The notes under the pieces are model-generated. The model did no database searches. It had not been told where the DNA came from and saw only the letters and a program-made list of their open reading frames with translations. A stretch of 64,000 bases of DNA from a virus. Its lineage: Duplodnaviria > Caudoviricetes. Below, one piece after another: positions 10,010 to 20,558 of this stretch (within the stretch, counting starts at the first letter, position 1; each line of letters begins with the position of its first letter). The position numbers were made by a program, and so were the translations under genes. The stretch lies in the IMG/VR virus record IMGVR_UViG_2541047295_000015, positions 54,867-118,866 of that record; one strand, 5' to 3'.

Positions 10010-11125
10010 TTAATTAGCTTTAAATAAGTTTTCAGAAATTTTATCAGAAGCTTCTTTATCCATCTCTTTAAGTACATGAGAATATACATTAAGAGTAGTA
10101 TTAATATTTGAATGACCTACCCTTTCAGATATAACCTTAATTGGTACTTTAGAATTTATAAGTAAAGTAACATGTGAATGTCTTAAGTCATGGAATCTGA
10201 TATGTGGTAAATTATTATTCTCTAAAAACTTTCTAAATCTCTTACTCATAACATCTTCAGCAATTGGATTCCCTTTTCTATCAAAAAATAATAAGTTATA
10301 TTCATTTCTAATAATACTTCTTAATAATTTCTTATTCTGCTCTAATTTATAATCTTTTAGTAAATTCATAAGCTCTACTGGTGCAAATATTTTTCTAATT
10401 GAACTCTCTGTTTTTGGATCTTTAAGGATTACAGAACCATCTAATCTACTAGTTATCTTACTTACTGTTATTGTATTTTCTTCAAAATCAGTATTATCCC
10501 AAGTCAATCCTAAGACTTCCGAAAGTCTCAATCCTAGCCCTGTAGCCAGACTAATAGGTAACTCCATGTCAGTATTCTTAGCTACTTCTAATAATTTTAG
10601 CATCTGTTCTTTATCATAAATTTCATTTTTAAATTTTTTAATTCTAGGACTTTCTATACCATCTATAATATTTTCTTTTATCAGCTTAATTCTATAAGCT
10701 CTCTTTATTGCAAGTCTCAATACATTTATATGAACTTTTATTGTTTGAGGATTTAAATTACCAGCTAAATCATCTATATAATTTTGTATATGAATATTTC
10801 TTAGCTCTTGTAGACGATATCTCCCAATAGAAGGATTAATATGATTTTTACAAATGGCCATATAACCATTGTATGTGGAAGCCGATATATTATCTTTGTA
10901 CTTCTCAAGAAAATCTAATAAAAAATCAGATAGTGTTATTTCATTTGGAATAAGAAAGCTATCTTTATATATACTATCCTTAACTTCGGCCAATCGTTTG
11001 TTAGCATCTCTTTTTTTATCAAATGCTCCCATATTCTTTTGTTTTCTTTTTCCTGATTCATCATCTCTAAATTCTAAGTACACTACATAGTTTTTATTTC
11101 TTTTCCTTATAAAAGCATTCATCAT
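10010..11125 (-). CDS. Site-specific integrase (tyrosine, with N-terminal arm-binding domain)
   Basis: GLRLSE, PKT, HDLRH, VGH and Y motifs. Tn916/ICE-like N-terminus. Confidence 0.92.
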   Translation of the reverse strand: MMNAFIRKRNKNYVVYLEFRDDESGKRKQKNMGAFDKKRDANKRLAEVKDSIYKDSFLIPNEITLSDFLLDFLEKYKDNISASTYNGYMAICKNHINPSIGRYRLQELRNIHIQNYIDDLAGNLNPQTIKVHINVLRLAIKRAYRIKLIKENIIDGIESPRIKKFKNEIYDKEQMLKLLEVAKNTDMELPISLATGLGLRLSEVLGLTWDNTDFEENTITVSKITSRLDGSVILKDPKTESSIRKIFAPVELMNLLKDYKLEQNKKLLRSIIRNEYNLLFFDRKGNPIAEDVMSKRFRKFLENNNLPHIRFHDLRHSHVTLLINSKVPIKVISERVGHSNINTTLNVYSHVLKEMDKEASDKISENLFKAN

Positions 11126-11192
11126 CTTCCCTCCTATCGAAATTTATATATTTATTATATCATATAGACCCGGCAAAAAATAGTCATTTTAG

Positions 11193-11290
11193 CTGACTTT
11201 TAACTGACTTTTTTAATTATTTTATTTATATAATTATTGAAATTACTTAATTATAAAGAAATAAGACATAGAATGCATCATTCTATGCCT
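11193..11290. other. att-like recombination site 1
   Basis: Two CTGAC arm repeats 11 bp apart (11193, 11204). Core CATAGAA-N7-TTCTATG (11267-11287). Directly upstream of the integrase. Confidence 0.55.
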
Positions 11291-11697
11291 TATACTATTA
11301 GTTTGATACTTTTTTTAAATATCAAATGTAAGGCTCTCATTTTTTGAATATGTTAAATTATAAGCACTAATTTTTACAATGGCTTAAAAACGAATATAGA
11401 AGCTCAATATTATCAGATTTAAAATATTATATTGATTATTTTAATTTGATAAATATAAATCATTACATTAATTTATATTTATATATTATTTTTTTTATAT
11501 GTTTCTTGCTTTAACTTTTTATGTTATACTACTTGTATAGAATGCATTTCTTAAATTATCACTCTTAAATCTATGGCTAGTCCTTTTATATAAATCATAT
11601 TATCACTACAATATCATTTATAAAATCCTTTTGAGTTTTAGTTATAATTTCAAGAATATTCTAACTTTAATTAAATATACATTGAGGGGGAAAACAA

Positions 11698-12708
11698 ATG
11701 AAAAAAACTAAATCAAAGGTATTAAGTTTAACACTAGCAACTACTTTTCTTGTATCAACAACAGTAAATTCATATGCTGTATCTGCAAAATCTTCAGATA
11801 TGGATATGAACACTGTTGCAGATGTACTTACTGCATCAGAGGAATACAGTAATGTATTAAAAGATATTGGTATCTCAGTTGGTGAATTAAAAGATTTGAC
11901 ACCTAAAGGAAGTAATTTCATACAAAAATGTAATTCATATTTAGAAAAAAATATGGACGTCCCTAAGACTTATAGTGAAGAACCCATTAAACATACGACT
12001 AATGCAAGTCAATTATCATATGCAATGTCAGCAGCTAGAAAAAATCAAGAAGTAGGAGCACCAAAGTATAATGATGAGGTAGTATACATGTATTTATCTC
12101 ACTTTGTAGATTTTGAAGGAAATAATTATGAAGAAGGTTTATGTACATATATAACTAAATATGACAGAGAAGCTTATGACAGATATTTAAGCAGAGGTTC
12201 TGCTTTTAGAAGTGCTAATTCTATGCGTTCTGTTATAACAAATTTAATAGCATTAAAAGGTGACTTGCCTTCATTATATACAACACTTGCTAAAGAAAAA
12301 GCTTCAGTGGTTAAAACAACAACTGATATAATATCATTTGGTATAGATGTGAAATCTGTAAAATCTATGGTTGAAAATGACATGTTTGTATTTTTCAAAG
12401 ATGCCTATTCTAAACATGATACACCTGAAGCTATAATTGAAGATGTACAAGATAGTATGAAAATAAAATATAAAGACTACAATGAACAAATAGGATATAT
12501 GGTGCTTGGATTAGTGTTCTCAGCACTAACATTTACTCCTCCAGTTATGGCGATGTTAGCAGAAGTAAACTTATATAGCATGGTTATTAAAGACATATTT
12601 GATAAGGCTAATTATGCTGCACTACAATACTCTAGAAGTGCAAGAAAAGCAGAAAGATTTAACTTATGGATGGAAGAGAATGGAATGTATATGGAGAAAA
12701 AAGCATAA
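11698..12708 (+). CDS. Secreted hypothetical protein
   Basis: Sec signal peptide MKKTKSK...SYA. Hydrophobic stretch near the C-terminus. Confidence 0.6.
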   Translation: MKKTKSKVLSLTLATTFLVSTTVNSYAVSAKSSDMDMNTVADVLTASEEYSNVLKDIGISVGELKDLTPKGSNFIQKCNSYLEKNMDVPKTYSEEPIKHTTNASQLSYAMSAARKNQEVGAPKYNDEVVYMYLSHFVDFEGNNYEEGLCTYITKYDREAYDRYLSRGSAFRSANSMRSVITNLIALKGDLPSLYTTLAKEKASVVKTTTDIISFGIDVKSVKSMVENDMFVFFKDAYSKHDTPEAIIEDVQDSMKIKYKDYNEQIGYMVLGLVFSALTFTPPVMAMLAEVNLYSMVIKDIFDKANYAALQYSRSARKAERFNLWMEENGMYMEKKA

Positions 12709-12714
12709 ATACTT

Positions 12715-13272
12715 ATGTATTGTAAAAACTGTAATTTAGAATTTGATGATACTACAACTATATGTCCTAAATGTAAATCCATCTTAAAACCTAATGAAAA
12801 TATATCTCAAAGAAATTTAAAAAGTAAAATTAATGAATTTAAATTAAATAAAAAAATTAGACAAGGAAACATATTGTCAACCATAACTATTTTAACAGTA
12901 GCAATTCATGTATTTATAGACCTTTTTATGCAAATAAAAATTGAAAATTATTATGATACTTCAAACCGTTATTGCCCTTTTGCAATATCAAGTTTGGTAC
13001 TAGTACTTTCATTAAAAAGAGGAGAAAAAAGACATAGCTTTAAAAAAAACTTACTATTTATAGTTATTATGATATTAATATCTATTTTTGGAACTATTTA
13101 TTTTTCAGCACCTCTTGTAAATAGAATTTTTAACGGAAATTATTTGTTTAAAGAGTATTGGACTATATATGGAATCGGAAATTTTATAATAATTTTAGAA
13201 TGTATATTAATTATTTTTGATGACAGTTATTATTTAGCCCATATTAATAAAAAAGAAAATCCCAACAAATAA
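12715..13272 (+). CDS. Zinc-ribbon plus 4-TM membrane protein
   Basis: N-terminal CxxC-x11-CxxC, four hydrophobic helices. Coupled to the upstream gene. Confidence 0.6.
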   Translation: MYCKNCNLEFDDTTTICPKCKSILKPNENISQRNLKSKINEFKLNKKIRQGNILSTITILTVAIHVFIDLFMQIKIENYYDTSNRYCPFAISSLVLVLSLKRGEKRHSFKKNLLFIVIMILISIFGTIYFSAPLVNRIFNGNYLFKEYWTIYGIGNFIIILECILIIFDDSYYLAHINKKENPNK

Positions 13273-13332
13273 TAAAATAAGACTTTATTCTAATTAGAGT
13301 GAAGTCTTATTTTATTTCAATATATAAATGTA

Positions 13333-14091
13333 TTATTTTCTAGTATATTTGCATTTTGGAAATTCACTACAACCCCAAAATTCACCATACTGTCCTTTCC
13401 TTTTTGTCAGGTTCCCTTTTTGACATCTTGGACATTTATCTTCCTCAGTAATATTTTTTAAATTTCTAACATGCTCTCTAGTGTTTTGATTAATAGCTTT
13501 CATACAATCAAAAATTTTATCTCTGATTATTTTTATCTCCTCTCTATTAATAGTCATATCTTTGTATTTACTTATTGTACTTAATATTTCACTTTCATTT
13601 ATGACTATAACATTATTGCCATTTATAGTTACATTTTTTAAAGTAGCTTTGTCTGAAAAAACAATTATTGAATATATATTATATTCATCTCCTATTATGT
13701 TTTCTATTGCTTTGATATGAGCATAGTTTTGTCTTACTGGATTATAGAATGTATTTTTAGCCTTTCCTACAATTTGAGTCCATACTTTATCTTTATCATT
13801 TCCATAAATATAGCCACTAAAATTTTTACATTCTATAACAAATATTCCATATACAGAAATTGCAATACTATCAATTTGTGTGGTTCTATTTGAACCTGGT
13901 ATAATAATATCTTTAATTATTATGTAATCCTTGTCTAATTTGCTAAGTATAAAATCTAATCTAAGTTCTCCAAATCCACCCTTTACTTGTATCTTAGTAT
14001 CCTTCACAATATTACTAACTTCCTTTACAGTTTGACTAATTTCTTCTGACATAAATACTTTTTCAAATATTTCCTTAAACATCCTCACCAT
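13333..14091 (-). CDS. NERD nuclease domain protein with topoisomerase C4 zinc finger
   Basis: 'G..GE', 'TTQID', 'GIFVIECKN', 'NPVRQN'. C-terminal CPRC...[15 protein letters not shown]. Confidence 0.9.
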   Translation of the reverse strand: MVRMFKEIFEKVFMSEEISQTVKEVSNIVKDTKIQVKGGFGELRLDFILSKLDKDYIIIKDIIIPGSNRTTQIDSIAISVYGIFVIECKNFSGYIYGNDKDKVWTQIVGKAKNTFYNPVRQNYAHIKAIENIIGDEYNIYSIIVFSDKATLKNVTINGNNVIVINESEILSTISKYKDMTINREEIKIIRDKIFDCMKAINQNTREHVRNLKNITEEDKCPRCQKGNLTKRKGQYGEFWGCSEFPKCKYTRK

Positions 14092-14233
14092 CTACCTTTC
14101 GACATATACTTTAATTATAGCAGCTATATATGCCTTAAGTGATAGTGTTAAACTAATTTATATTATTTAAAAAGTTACTTGAGCAAATATATAGAAAAAA
14201 TCAACTACTCTAATAAGCAGTTGATTAATTGGA

Positions 14234-15649
14234 TTATTCAGTATACGTATATTCTGATATTTCACCTGTATAAATGTTTACTAAATATGGTTTATAACCA
14301 CCTGCATTATGTTCCATACCATTCATATCTATATATGTATTAAATGGACGAACATATATTTGCGTATTATTTTCCATATACTGAGCTTCTATATGGTTTG
14401 GTAAAAATCCATGTTCTTTCATAAATAAGTCTCTTACTAAATCTTCAGCATTTTTGAATGATACCACTTTTTCCATATGTAAATCTTCATATAAAAGTTT
14501 AAACTCTGATATATTATTTTTATTTATACATAGACGTTCAGAATATTCTTGACCAGCAGATACATAACTAAAAACATAATAATAATTATTTCCATATTTA
14601 TAATTATCATCAACTAAGTATGCTCCATCGTATGGTATATTATTTATATCATCAATTTCATAACATTTATACCATTTTTTTGCTAATACTTCCGCTTCTT
14701 CAAGTCTAGTTTTTTTAACTACACCTGTGTTAATATCTCCAATTCCATTAGTAATATTTAAACATTCTTCAACTAAATCTTGTCCTACCTCTCCAAAAGT
14801 TGTAATTTTAGTTGCATTTTTTAAAATTGATTTATTGCTATTATTATCAACTATAACTACAGGATTTTTTAAAGAAGATGCTAAAAGTGCATTAGTTAAA
14901 TTTTTAGAGTTAGCTACATAAAATTCTTTAACCCCACTGTAAAATTTATCTATTATTTGTTTATTTGTATCAAATCTATCACTTCCACCTAATCTGGTAG
15001 CATTTGTATTTTTAACTACTTCATCATTTATTGATGCAGTACCACCAATAGCATATGTTTTTACTCCACTAGTTGAAAATGGAACATTCTTACCATCTGT
15101 TAATATTATTGCTGCTTTATCTCTTGCTGCTACTGAAGCTATACTTATTGCATCTGGCTCTCCTTTATATGCATTTGTCAACATAACAGTACTAACTTTT
15201 TGTTTAGAATTTATTTCTTTCGCAACATTATAACTTGTATCTATTCTGTCTTTCCCTTCTATTCTTATTACCTTAAATCCTTTAGATATAAGCATGTCCT
15301 CTACCGATTTATTTATAGATTTTCCCCCACCTATTAAATAAACTTTTTTTATTTTATTTAGTCTATTCATTGTTGCATCTGGAATACTATCATCTTCAGA
15401 CAAAAGAATTGGTGCATTTAATACTCCAGATAATCCACTTGAACTTAATCCATCTGCTATAGAGTCACTTAGATTAACAAGTATAGCAGTATCATAATTT
15501 TGTTTATCTGCTATTAAACCTGCTGTTTCATAAACTGAAGATATAGAAAATTCTTCAACTGAATCAAGTGCATAAGATTGTTTTGGAGAACTAACTATTA
15601 ACATTGTTATAACTAACCCCACTGATAATAATTTTTTTGGTAATTTCAT
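14234..15649 (-). CDS. Cell wall-binding repeat 2 (CWB2) surface protein (Cwp family)
   Basis: Signal peptide. 'ADGLS..APILL', 'G.DR.DTS' and 'RLGGSDRFDTN' CWB2 repeats. Unique C-terminal domain. Confidence 0.88.
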   Translation of the reverse strand: MKLPKKLLSVGLVITMLIVSSPKQSYALDSVEEFSISSVYETAGLIADKQNYDTAILVNLSDSIADGLSSSGLSGVLNAPILLSEDDSIPDATMNRLNKIKKVYLIGGGKSINKSVEDMLISKGFKVIRIEGKDRIDTSYNVAKEINSKQKVSTVMLTNAYKGEPDAISIASVAARDKAAIILTDGKNVPFSTSGVKTYAIGGTASINDEVVKNTNATRLGGSDRFDTNKQIIDKFYSGVKEFYVANSKNLTNALLASSLKNPVVIVDNNSNKSILKNATKITTFGEVGQDLVEECLNITNGIGDINTGVVKKTRLEEAEVLAKKWYKCYEIDDINNIPYDGAYLVDDNYKYGNNYYYVFSYVSAGQEYSERLCINKNNISEFKLLYEDLHMEKVVSFKNAEDLVRDLFMKEHGFLPNHIEAQYMENNTQIYVRPFNTYIDMNGMEHNAGGYKPYLVNIYTGEISEYTYTE

Positions 15650-15745
15650 TATAATATCCCCCTCATTTATTTAAAATAATCTTTACCTAAATAGTAATAC
15701 ATAAATACAAAAAAGTCACCTAAATTAATAGATGACTTAATCATT

Positions 15746-15919
15746 TTATGCTACTTTTTCAATGTATTTTTCATTAATAACATAAGTTTTAAACTTATGT
15801 ACTACCATAATATCCTGCATGTTTTTTAGTGTCATTATAACTCTAACACATTTATTCCTAATTTCTTTTGGTAATTCTAAGTCATTTATTAAATTTACAT
15901 AATCATCATATCTGTACAT
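15746..15919 (-). CDS. Hypothetical protein (57 aa)
   Basis: RBS GGGAGG. MYRYDDYVNLINDLELPKEIRNKCV... Absent from the ORF track. Confidence 0.55.
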   Translation of the reverse strand: MYRYDDYVNLINDLELPKEIRNKCVRVIMTLKNMQDIMVVHKFKTYVINEKYIEKVA

Positions 15920-16075
15920 TTAATATTCCTCCCAAAGTTAGTCTAGCATATATTATAGTACTCTAACTTCATTTTTTCAATAGAAAATCTTAATCCTGTA
16001 TAGATATTTTCTAAATGATATAAAGTGTGACACTTGTCATCATAGTAATAATTATATTTTTCCAATATTATATAT

Positions 16076-16612
16076 TTATTCATATTTCTTTATACCAGTA
16101 CTTCCAAATCCATCATTTCCTCTTTCAGAAATGTTCAATTCATCTACAACTTTTAAAATAGCTCTTGGTACTTGTTGAAATACACCTTGAGCTAATTTAG
16201 TATGTTTAGGAATTAAAATATCAAATTGTTCTTCATTATATGTAATTATTTTAATTTCACCTCTATAGCCTGAATCCACTGTACCAAATCTTATAGTTGG
16301 GTATACTCTATTATTTTCTTCTTCATTGAAAATAATAATATCGTTTTTTATTTTATTTCCAGTACAAGATACTTTCTCATCTTTTATATATTCTATACCA
16401 TTTAAACTTATGCCACTTCTTGGTCTAACTTGCATTTCATATCCATATGGAATTTCTAAAGCTATACCTGTAGAAATTGCTACTGCTGATTTAGCATGAA
16501 TTATTGTATCTTCTATCGTATATAAATCAATACCACTATCACCATTTTTTGCATAAGATGGGACTATTGAATTTTGACTTAATTTTTTTATTTTGATATT
16601 TATACTCATCAA
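16076..16612 (-). CDS. dut: dUTPase (trimeric)
   Basis: GDSGIDL, RPRSG, GTVDSGYRGEI, AQ and RG..GFGSTG motifs. Confidence 0.95.
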   Translation of the reverse strand: MMSINIKIKKLSQNSIVPSYAKNGDSGIDLYTIEDTIIHAKSAVAISTGIALEIPYGYEMQVRPRSGISLNGIEYIKDEKVSCTGNKIKNDIIIFNEEENNRVYPTIRFGTVDSGYRGEIKIITYNEEQFDILIPKHTKLAQGVFQQVPRAILKVVDELNISERGNDGFGSTGIKKYE

Positions 16613-16624
16613 TTACTTCTCCTT

Positions 16625-17116
16625 TTATTTAAAATTTATTTTATTTAAATGAGCTATTCCAAGAGCTATAGCATCATATATATCGCTTGTCTTTACCTTA
16701 CAATTCCTATCAATGTATTCTCCAACATCAATTATATTTTTTCTTATATATGTAGCCACTTCTTCTTTTTTAGCCTTACCATTATTCATAAGATATTTTC
16801 TAATAGAAACTGGATACATATATTCAATCTCTATATTATTTAATTTAACAGTTCTCATTATTGCTCCTAAGAGTTTTCTTAAACTAAGAATTGTTTTAGA
16901 ATTTCTGGAAGTGAATTGGTCTTCAACTAAGACTATTTGAATATTATAAGTTATAATTAGCTCTTGAATAGTATTACAGATATAGCACATTCGATCATCT
17001 TCAGACTTGAATTTATCCTTTTTGGTTGTTATTTTTCCATATTCTAATACTTTTTTATTTCTATTTATAACTGCCCATCCAGTTGAGGACATGGATACAT
17101 CTAAGGCTAAAACCAT
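16625..17116 (-). CDS. RuvC-like Holliday junction resolvase
   Basis: 'LALDVSMSSTGW', 'VED', 'G.AKKEEV', 'DIYDAIAL'. Confidence 0.85.
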   Translation of the reverse strand: MVLALDVSMSSTGWAVINRNKKVLEYGKITTKKDKFKSEDDRMCYICNTIQELIITYNIQIVLVEDQFTSRNSKTILSLRKLLGAIMRTVKLNNIEIEYMYPVSIRKYLMNNGKAKKEEVATYIRKNIIDVGEYIDRNCKVKTSDIYDAIALGIAHLNKINFK

Positions 17117-17687
17117 TCGATTCCCTCTTTCATATGTATTTTAACTTGCTCTACTGCATTAATTAGGTTAGTATTGTTTGGTATTGCAATATAATTTTCA
17201 TTATTTAGAAAGTCTTTAAATTTAAATTTATCATCTTTTAATCTTCTCTCAATTTCCTTAAAATTATCACCTCTACTAATAAGCCTTTTTCTTAATACAA
17301 TTTCATCTGTATTTATAAAAAATGGTACTAACTTAGTTTTTGTTCCCATAAAATATTTTTCTAGTGCCTTATATCCACTTGCATCTACTATAGTCAAAGC
17401 ATATTTTTTATTCTTTAATTCAGACTTATGTATACCATATAACCAAGTGCTGCCATCATGAACTATATATTTTCTCATTTCAATAAAGTTACTTTTTTCT
17501 TCCTTAAAGAAATTATTATCTACAAAATGATATGCTTTATTGATGATTTCTAAGTAATTACGAGGAGGTCTTGTTGTATGTGATATTAGAATTGGAATAT
17601 TGAATTGCTTTGAGATTTCACTTACTATACTGTCTTTGCCTGAACCTGAATATCTAAAAATACAAACATATTTTTTAATTTTTTCAT
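17107..17687 (-). pseudogene. gmk: Guanylate kinase, frameshifted at ~17654
   Basis: ATG at 17687 reads MKKLKNMFVFL. The P-loop (G)YSGSGKDS and HTTRPPR are in the frame of the 17107..17478 ORF, so one base is missing at the Gly codon. Confidence 0.75.
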
Positions 17688-17689
17688 AT

Positions 17690-18034
17690 TTATAGTTCTA
17701 CCTTACATTCAAACACATTAGGATTATCAATAATCACTTGATGAAGCCCTTTACTTAATACATCTACTAAATATTCCTCATCTTCACTCTCTATACATCT
17801 ATCTCTAAATATACAATGAAATAGCTCATGTAAAAATGTAGCTTCTTTTACTCTTTGTGATTGTAGATTATTAGATAACTTTATTGTTTCAGTTCCATAA
17901 TCTGCTAATCCATAACATAATTGATTGTTTACTAGAATAGGCTCTTCAGTCTCCTCTATTTTATAAAACAATCCCCCTACTTTTACTTCTTTTGGTATAT
18001 TCATTGAGTACTCTCCAATCTTATTAAAATTCAT
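17690..18034 (-). CDS. HExxH-motif phage protein (metallopeptidase-like)
   Basis: 'TFLHELFHCI' motif. Confidence 0.6.
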   Translation of the reverse strand: MNFNKIGEYSMNIPKEVKVGGLFYKIEETEEPILVNNQLCYGLADYGTETIKLSNNLQSQRVKEATFLHELFHCIFRDRCIESEDEEYLVDVLSKGLHQVIIDNPNVFECKVEL

Positions 18035-18037
18035 ATT

Positions 18038-18880
18038 TTATTGTGATTTAGATTTTCTAAAACCTTTATTTACATTATATTTGCAACCTTTTCCATAATG
18101 AGAACATAGGGTTTTACAAAAAAACTGATTACTTTTGTCATTATTTTTGCACCAAACACTCTCATCGTTGAAATCTAGCTGTTTTATCTGTTTAACTGTA
18201 TCAGTAACAAAGGCAATTAATTGTTGTTCTAATGCTTTAGTGTATTTAATTTTCACTATAGCTCTTTCATAATTTCTTATATTATCAATCTTATTTCTTT
18301 CAATTAATACTCCTTTTTCATTTTTAATGTACTTGCACATATCAAAAGCTACATATTCAATCATTTTATCTGGATATTTTTCTTTAAGATACATTGCGTA
18401 TAAGATAAGCTGCATTGATTTTTTAGATAAGTCTTTTTTAGAAAATTTACTACTCGATTTGTAATCTATAACATAAACTTTATTACCTATTATATAATAT
18501 AAGTCTATGTATCCCCTCATTGTAATTCCATTAATATAATACTCAAAGTATTCTTCTATACAGTATTTATCACACTCAATTGGTACAAAATATTCTAGAT
18601 AATGTAAGATACATTCTAAATAATTAATTCTTGAATTTGGTGTAGGAAAGTTGTAATCCATTAGATTTGCATATTCTATAACTTCATTATATTTTTGAAT
18701 AGCTTCTTGATTTGTCATTTTTCTTTGTTGTAATTCTTCTAGTAATCTATGTAATTCATTACCATAATAACCATAGCAATTTTGTTCTCGATCTAAATTT
18801 TTAATATATGTAAGATAATATTGAAATGGACATGTATAGAATGTATTTAATTTACTAAAACTATATAATTCTCTAGACAT
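18038..18880 (-). CDS. PD-(D/E)XK exonuclease (Cas4/AddB-like)
   Basis: 'SFSKLNTFYTCP', 'GYID', 'IDYKS', and a C-terminal Cys cluster. Confidence 0.85.
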   Translation of the reverse strand: MSRELYSFSKLNTFYTCPFQYYLTYIKNLDREQNCYGYYGNELHRLLEELQQRKMTNQEAIQKYNEVIEYANLMDYNFPTPNSRINYLECILHYLEYFVPIECDKYCIEEYFEYYINGITMRGYIDLYYIIGNKVYVIDYKSSSKFSKKDLSKKSMQLILYAMYLKEKYPDKMIEYVAFDMCKYIKNEKGVLIERNKIDNIRNYERAIVKIKYTKALEQQLIAFVTDTVKQIKQLDFNDESVWCKNNDKSNQFFCKTLCSHYGKGCKYNVNKGFRKSKSQ

Positions 18881-19225
18881 CTATTTTACCTTTCTAGTTT
18901 CCTTTTCTATCTGACTTTTAATTTCTTTATATAATTCATCAGATATGCTAGCATTTATATCTATACTTTCTTCTTTTATAGCTTCTTTGAACTTATTTAT
19001 AAATTTATTAGTTATATCAAATCCTGCCAACATCATAGAAAAGAAAATCCCCACAGAAATTATTATTTTCATTACATTTTCAAATATACAATATGAATTT
19101 AAGTAATATTCAATATTGACATTTTTTGCAAAATATACATTACAAATAAAATTAATAATTAAAAAAAGAGTTAATAAATACAATGCCCTATACTTATTAT
19201 TAATCATACTATTCATTTTTATCAC
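18881..19225 (-). CDS. Hypothetical membrane protein
   Basis: Two hydrophobic helices. In operon. Confidence 0.5.
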   Translation of the reverse strand: MIKMNSMINNKYRALYLLTLFLIINFICNVYFAKNVNIEYYLNSYCIFENVMKIIISVGIFFSMMLAGFDITNKFINKFKEAIKEESIDINASISDELYKEIKSQIEKETRKVK

Positions 19226-19454
19226 TTATCCTTCCAATTGACTTTAACTCCCAAGAATATATCATTATTTCAGATGCTTTATATCTCTTACTTGTATCTA
19301 ATTTAATGAATAGTTCTTCTACATCCTTAATTTTTCCTGTACAACATTTCATTTTTTCATCTTCATCCAACTTATACTCTATTTTTACTAAATCACCTGT
19401 ATATAATATCTCACCATTTTTTAATAATATTTCTTGCCTAACTTCTTGTATCAT
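19209..19454 (-). CDS. Hypothetical protein
   Basis: RBS GGAG. In operon. Confidence 0.55.
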   Translation of the reverse strand: MIQEVRQEILLKNGEILYTGDLVKIEYKLDEDEKMKCCTGKIKDVEELFIKLDTSKRYKASEIMIYSWELKSIGRISDKNE

Positions 19455-19487
19455 ATAATCATCTCCTATTAATATAATTTGCTATTT

Positions 19488-20558
19488 TCATTTACTAATA
19501 AAGTTATCTATATCAATCCTACTCTTTAATAATTTTTCAAATATATATTTTCCCAAATCACTAGGACTATCTTTATAATCCAATAGATTATCTTCATCCC
19601 AAATTACACTTATTTTCATCACATCCCTAATATCTTGAACTAACTTATATATCTTAGCTCTCCATGCAATATATTCTTCATCTCCTTTAATTTTAAATTG
19701 CCTATCAAAAGCTATGATTAATTCTTCAATACCTAAATCTATTAACATCTTTTTTTGCTCTCTACTAAAATTACTTCCACATATAGCTACAGAAGGATTA
19801 TTTTTATAAATAGTTGCCATCTGCAATACTGATTTTTCACCTTCAAATACTATTACTTTTTTAGCTTGTTTAATAGCTTGTTTATTTATATTTAGCCCAT
19901 ACAAGTTAAGACTTAACCTATGATTATAGCACTTATTGTCATACCATAATGGAATATATTTACCAAAACTTTTAGCTTTATCTTCATCTAAATTTCTAAC
20001 TCTAATACCAATTGGTCTACCTTTGTCATGCCAACAGAAATGTGGAATTACTATTTGATTTTCATATGGATTATAATGTATTTGATATGTTTTAAGAACT
20101 TCAAAAGATATGTTTTCATTTTCCCACTCTTCGATTGGGACTTGTTGAAAAGTTTTATATATATATGGCTTTTTAGGGGTAGGAAGTAATTCTATTTGTA
20201 TATCTCTAATATTATCTATTTGTTTTACTTTTTTCCTTATTCTAAATCCTTTTCTTAGGATTGGTTGATTTGAAATACCAAAGAAATCTTTTATTTCATT
20301 AATAGCGTCTTTAAATTCATATTTATTTATATGTATCAATAAATCTATTAAGCTACCTATATGACCACAAGAACTATAGCAATGAAATGTTTTGCTTTCT
20401 GTATAATAAAATAATTTATATGAATCACCATTATGACATAAACAAGTATTAAATATTAACTGTCTATCATTGCTTTTAGGAGATAAGTCCGAACCTAAAT
20501 ATTCCATAAAACTTATCACCTCTTCATTAGTCAAATCCTTTATTTCCATAGTCATCAC
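19488..20558 (-). CDS. DNA primase
   Basis: Zn finger (CH...FHCYSSC), TOPRIM 'VFEGEKSV', 'AFD', 'KDSPSD'. Confidence 0.88.
   Translation of the reverse strand: MMTMEIKDLTNEEVISFMEYLGSDLSPKSNDRQLIFNTCLCHNGDSYKLFYYTESKTFHCYSSCGHIGSLIDLLIHINKYEFKDAINEIKDFFGISNQPILRKGFRIRKKVKQIDNIRDIQIELLPTPKKPYIYKTFQQVPIEEWENENISFEVLKTYQIHYNPYENQIVIPHFCWHDKGRPIGIRVRNLDEDKAKSFGKYIPLWYDNKCYNHRLSLNLYGLNINKQAIKQAKKVIVFEGEKSVLQMATIYKNNPSVAICGSNFSREQKKMLIDLGIEELIIAFDRQFKIKGDEEYIAWRAKIYKLVQDIRDVMKISVIWDEDNLLDYKDSPSDLGKYIFEKLLKSRIDIDNFISK

Noticed and set aside
17640-17670. Programmed -1 frameshift in gmk
   Set aside because: A-TTT-TTA is not a canonical slippery heptamer, and a -1 slip would give Arg instead of the P-loop Gly.
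18038-18880. cas4 as part of a CRISPR-Cas system
   Set aside because: No other cas genes or array. It sits in the replication/recombination operon like a typical phage exonuclease.
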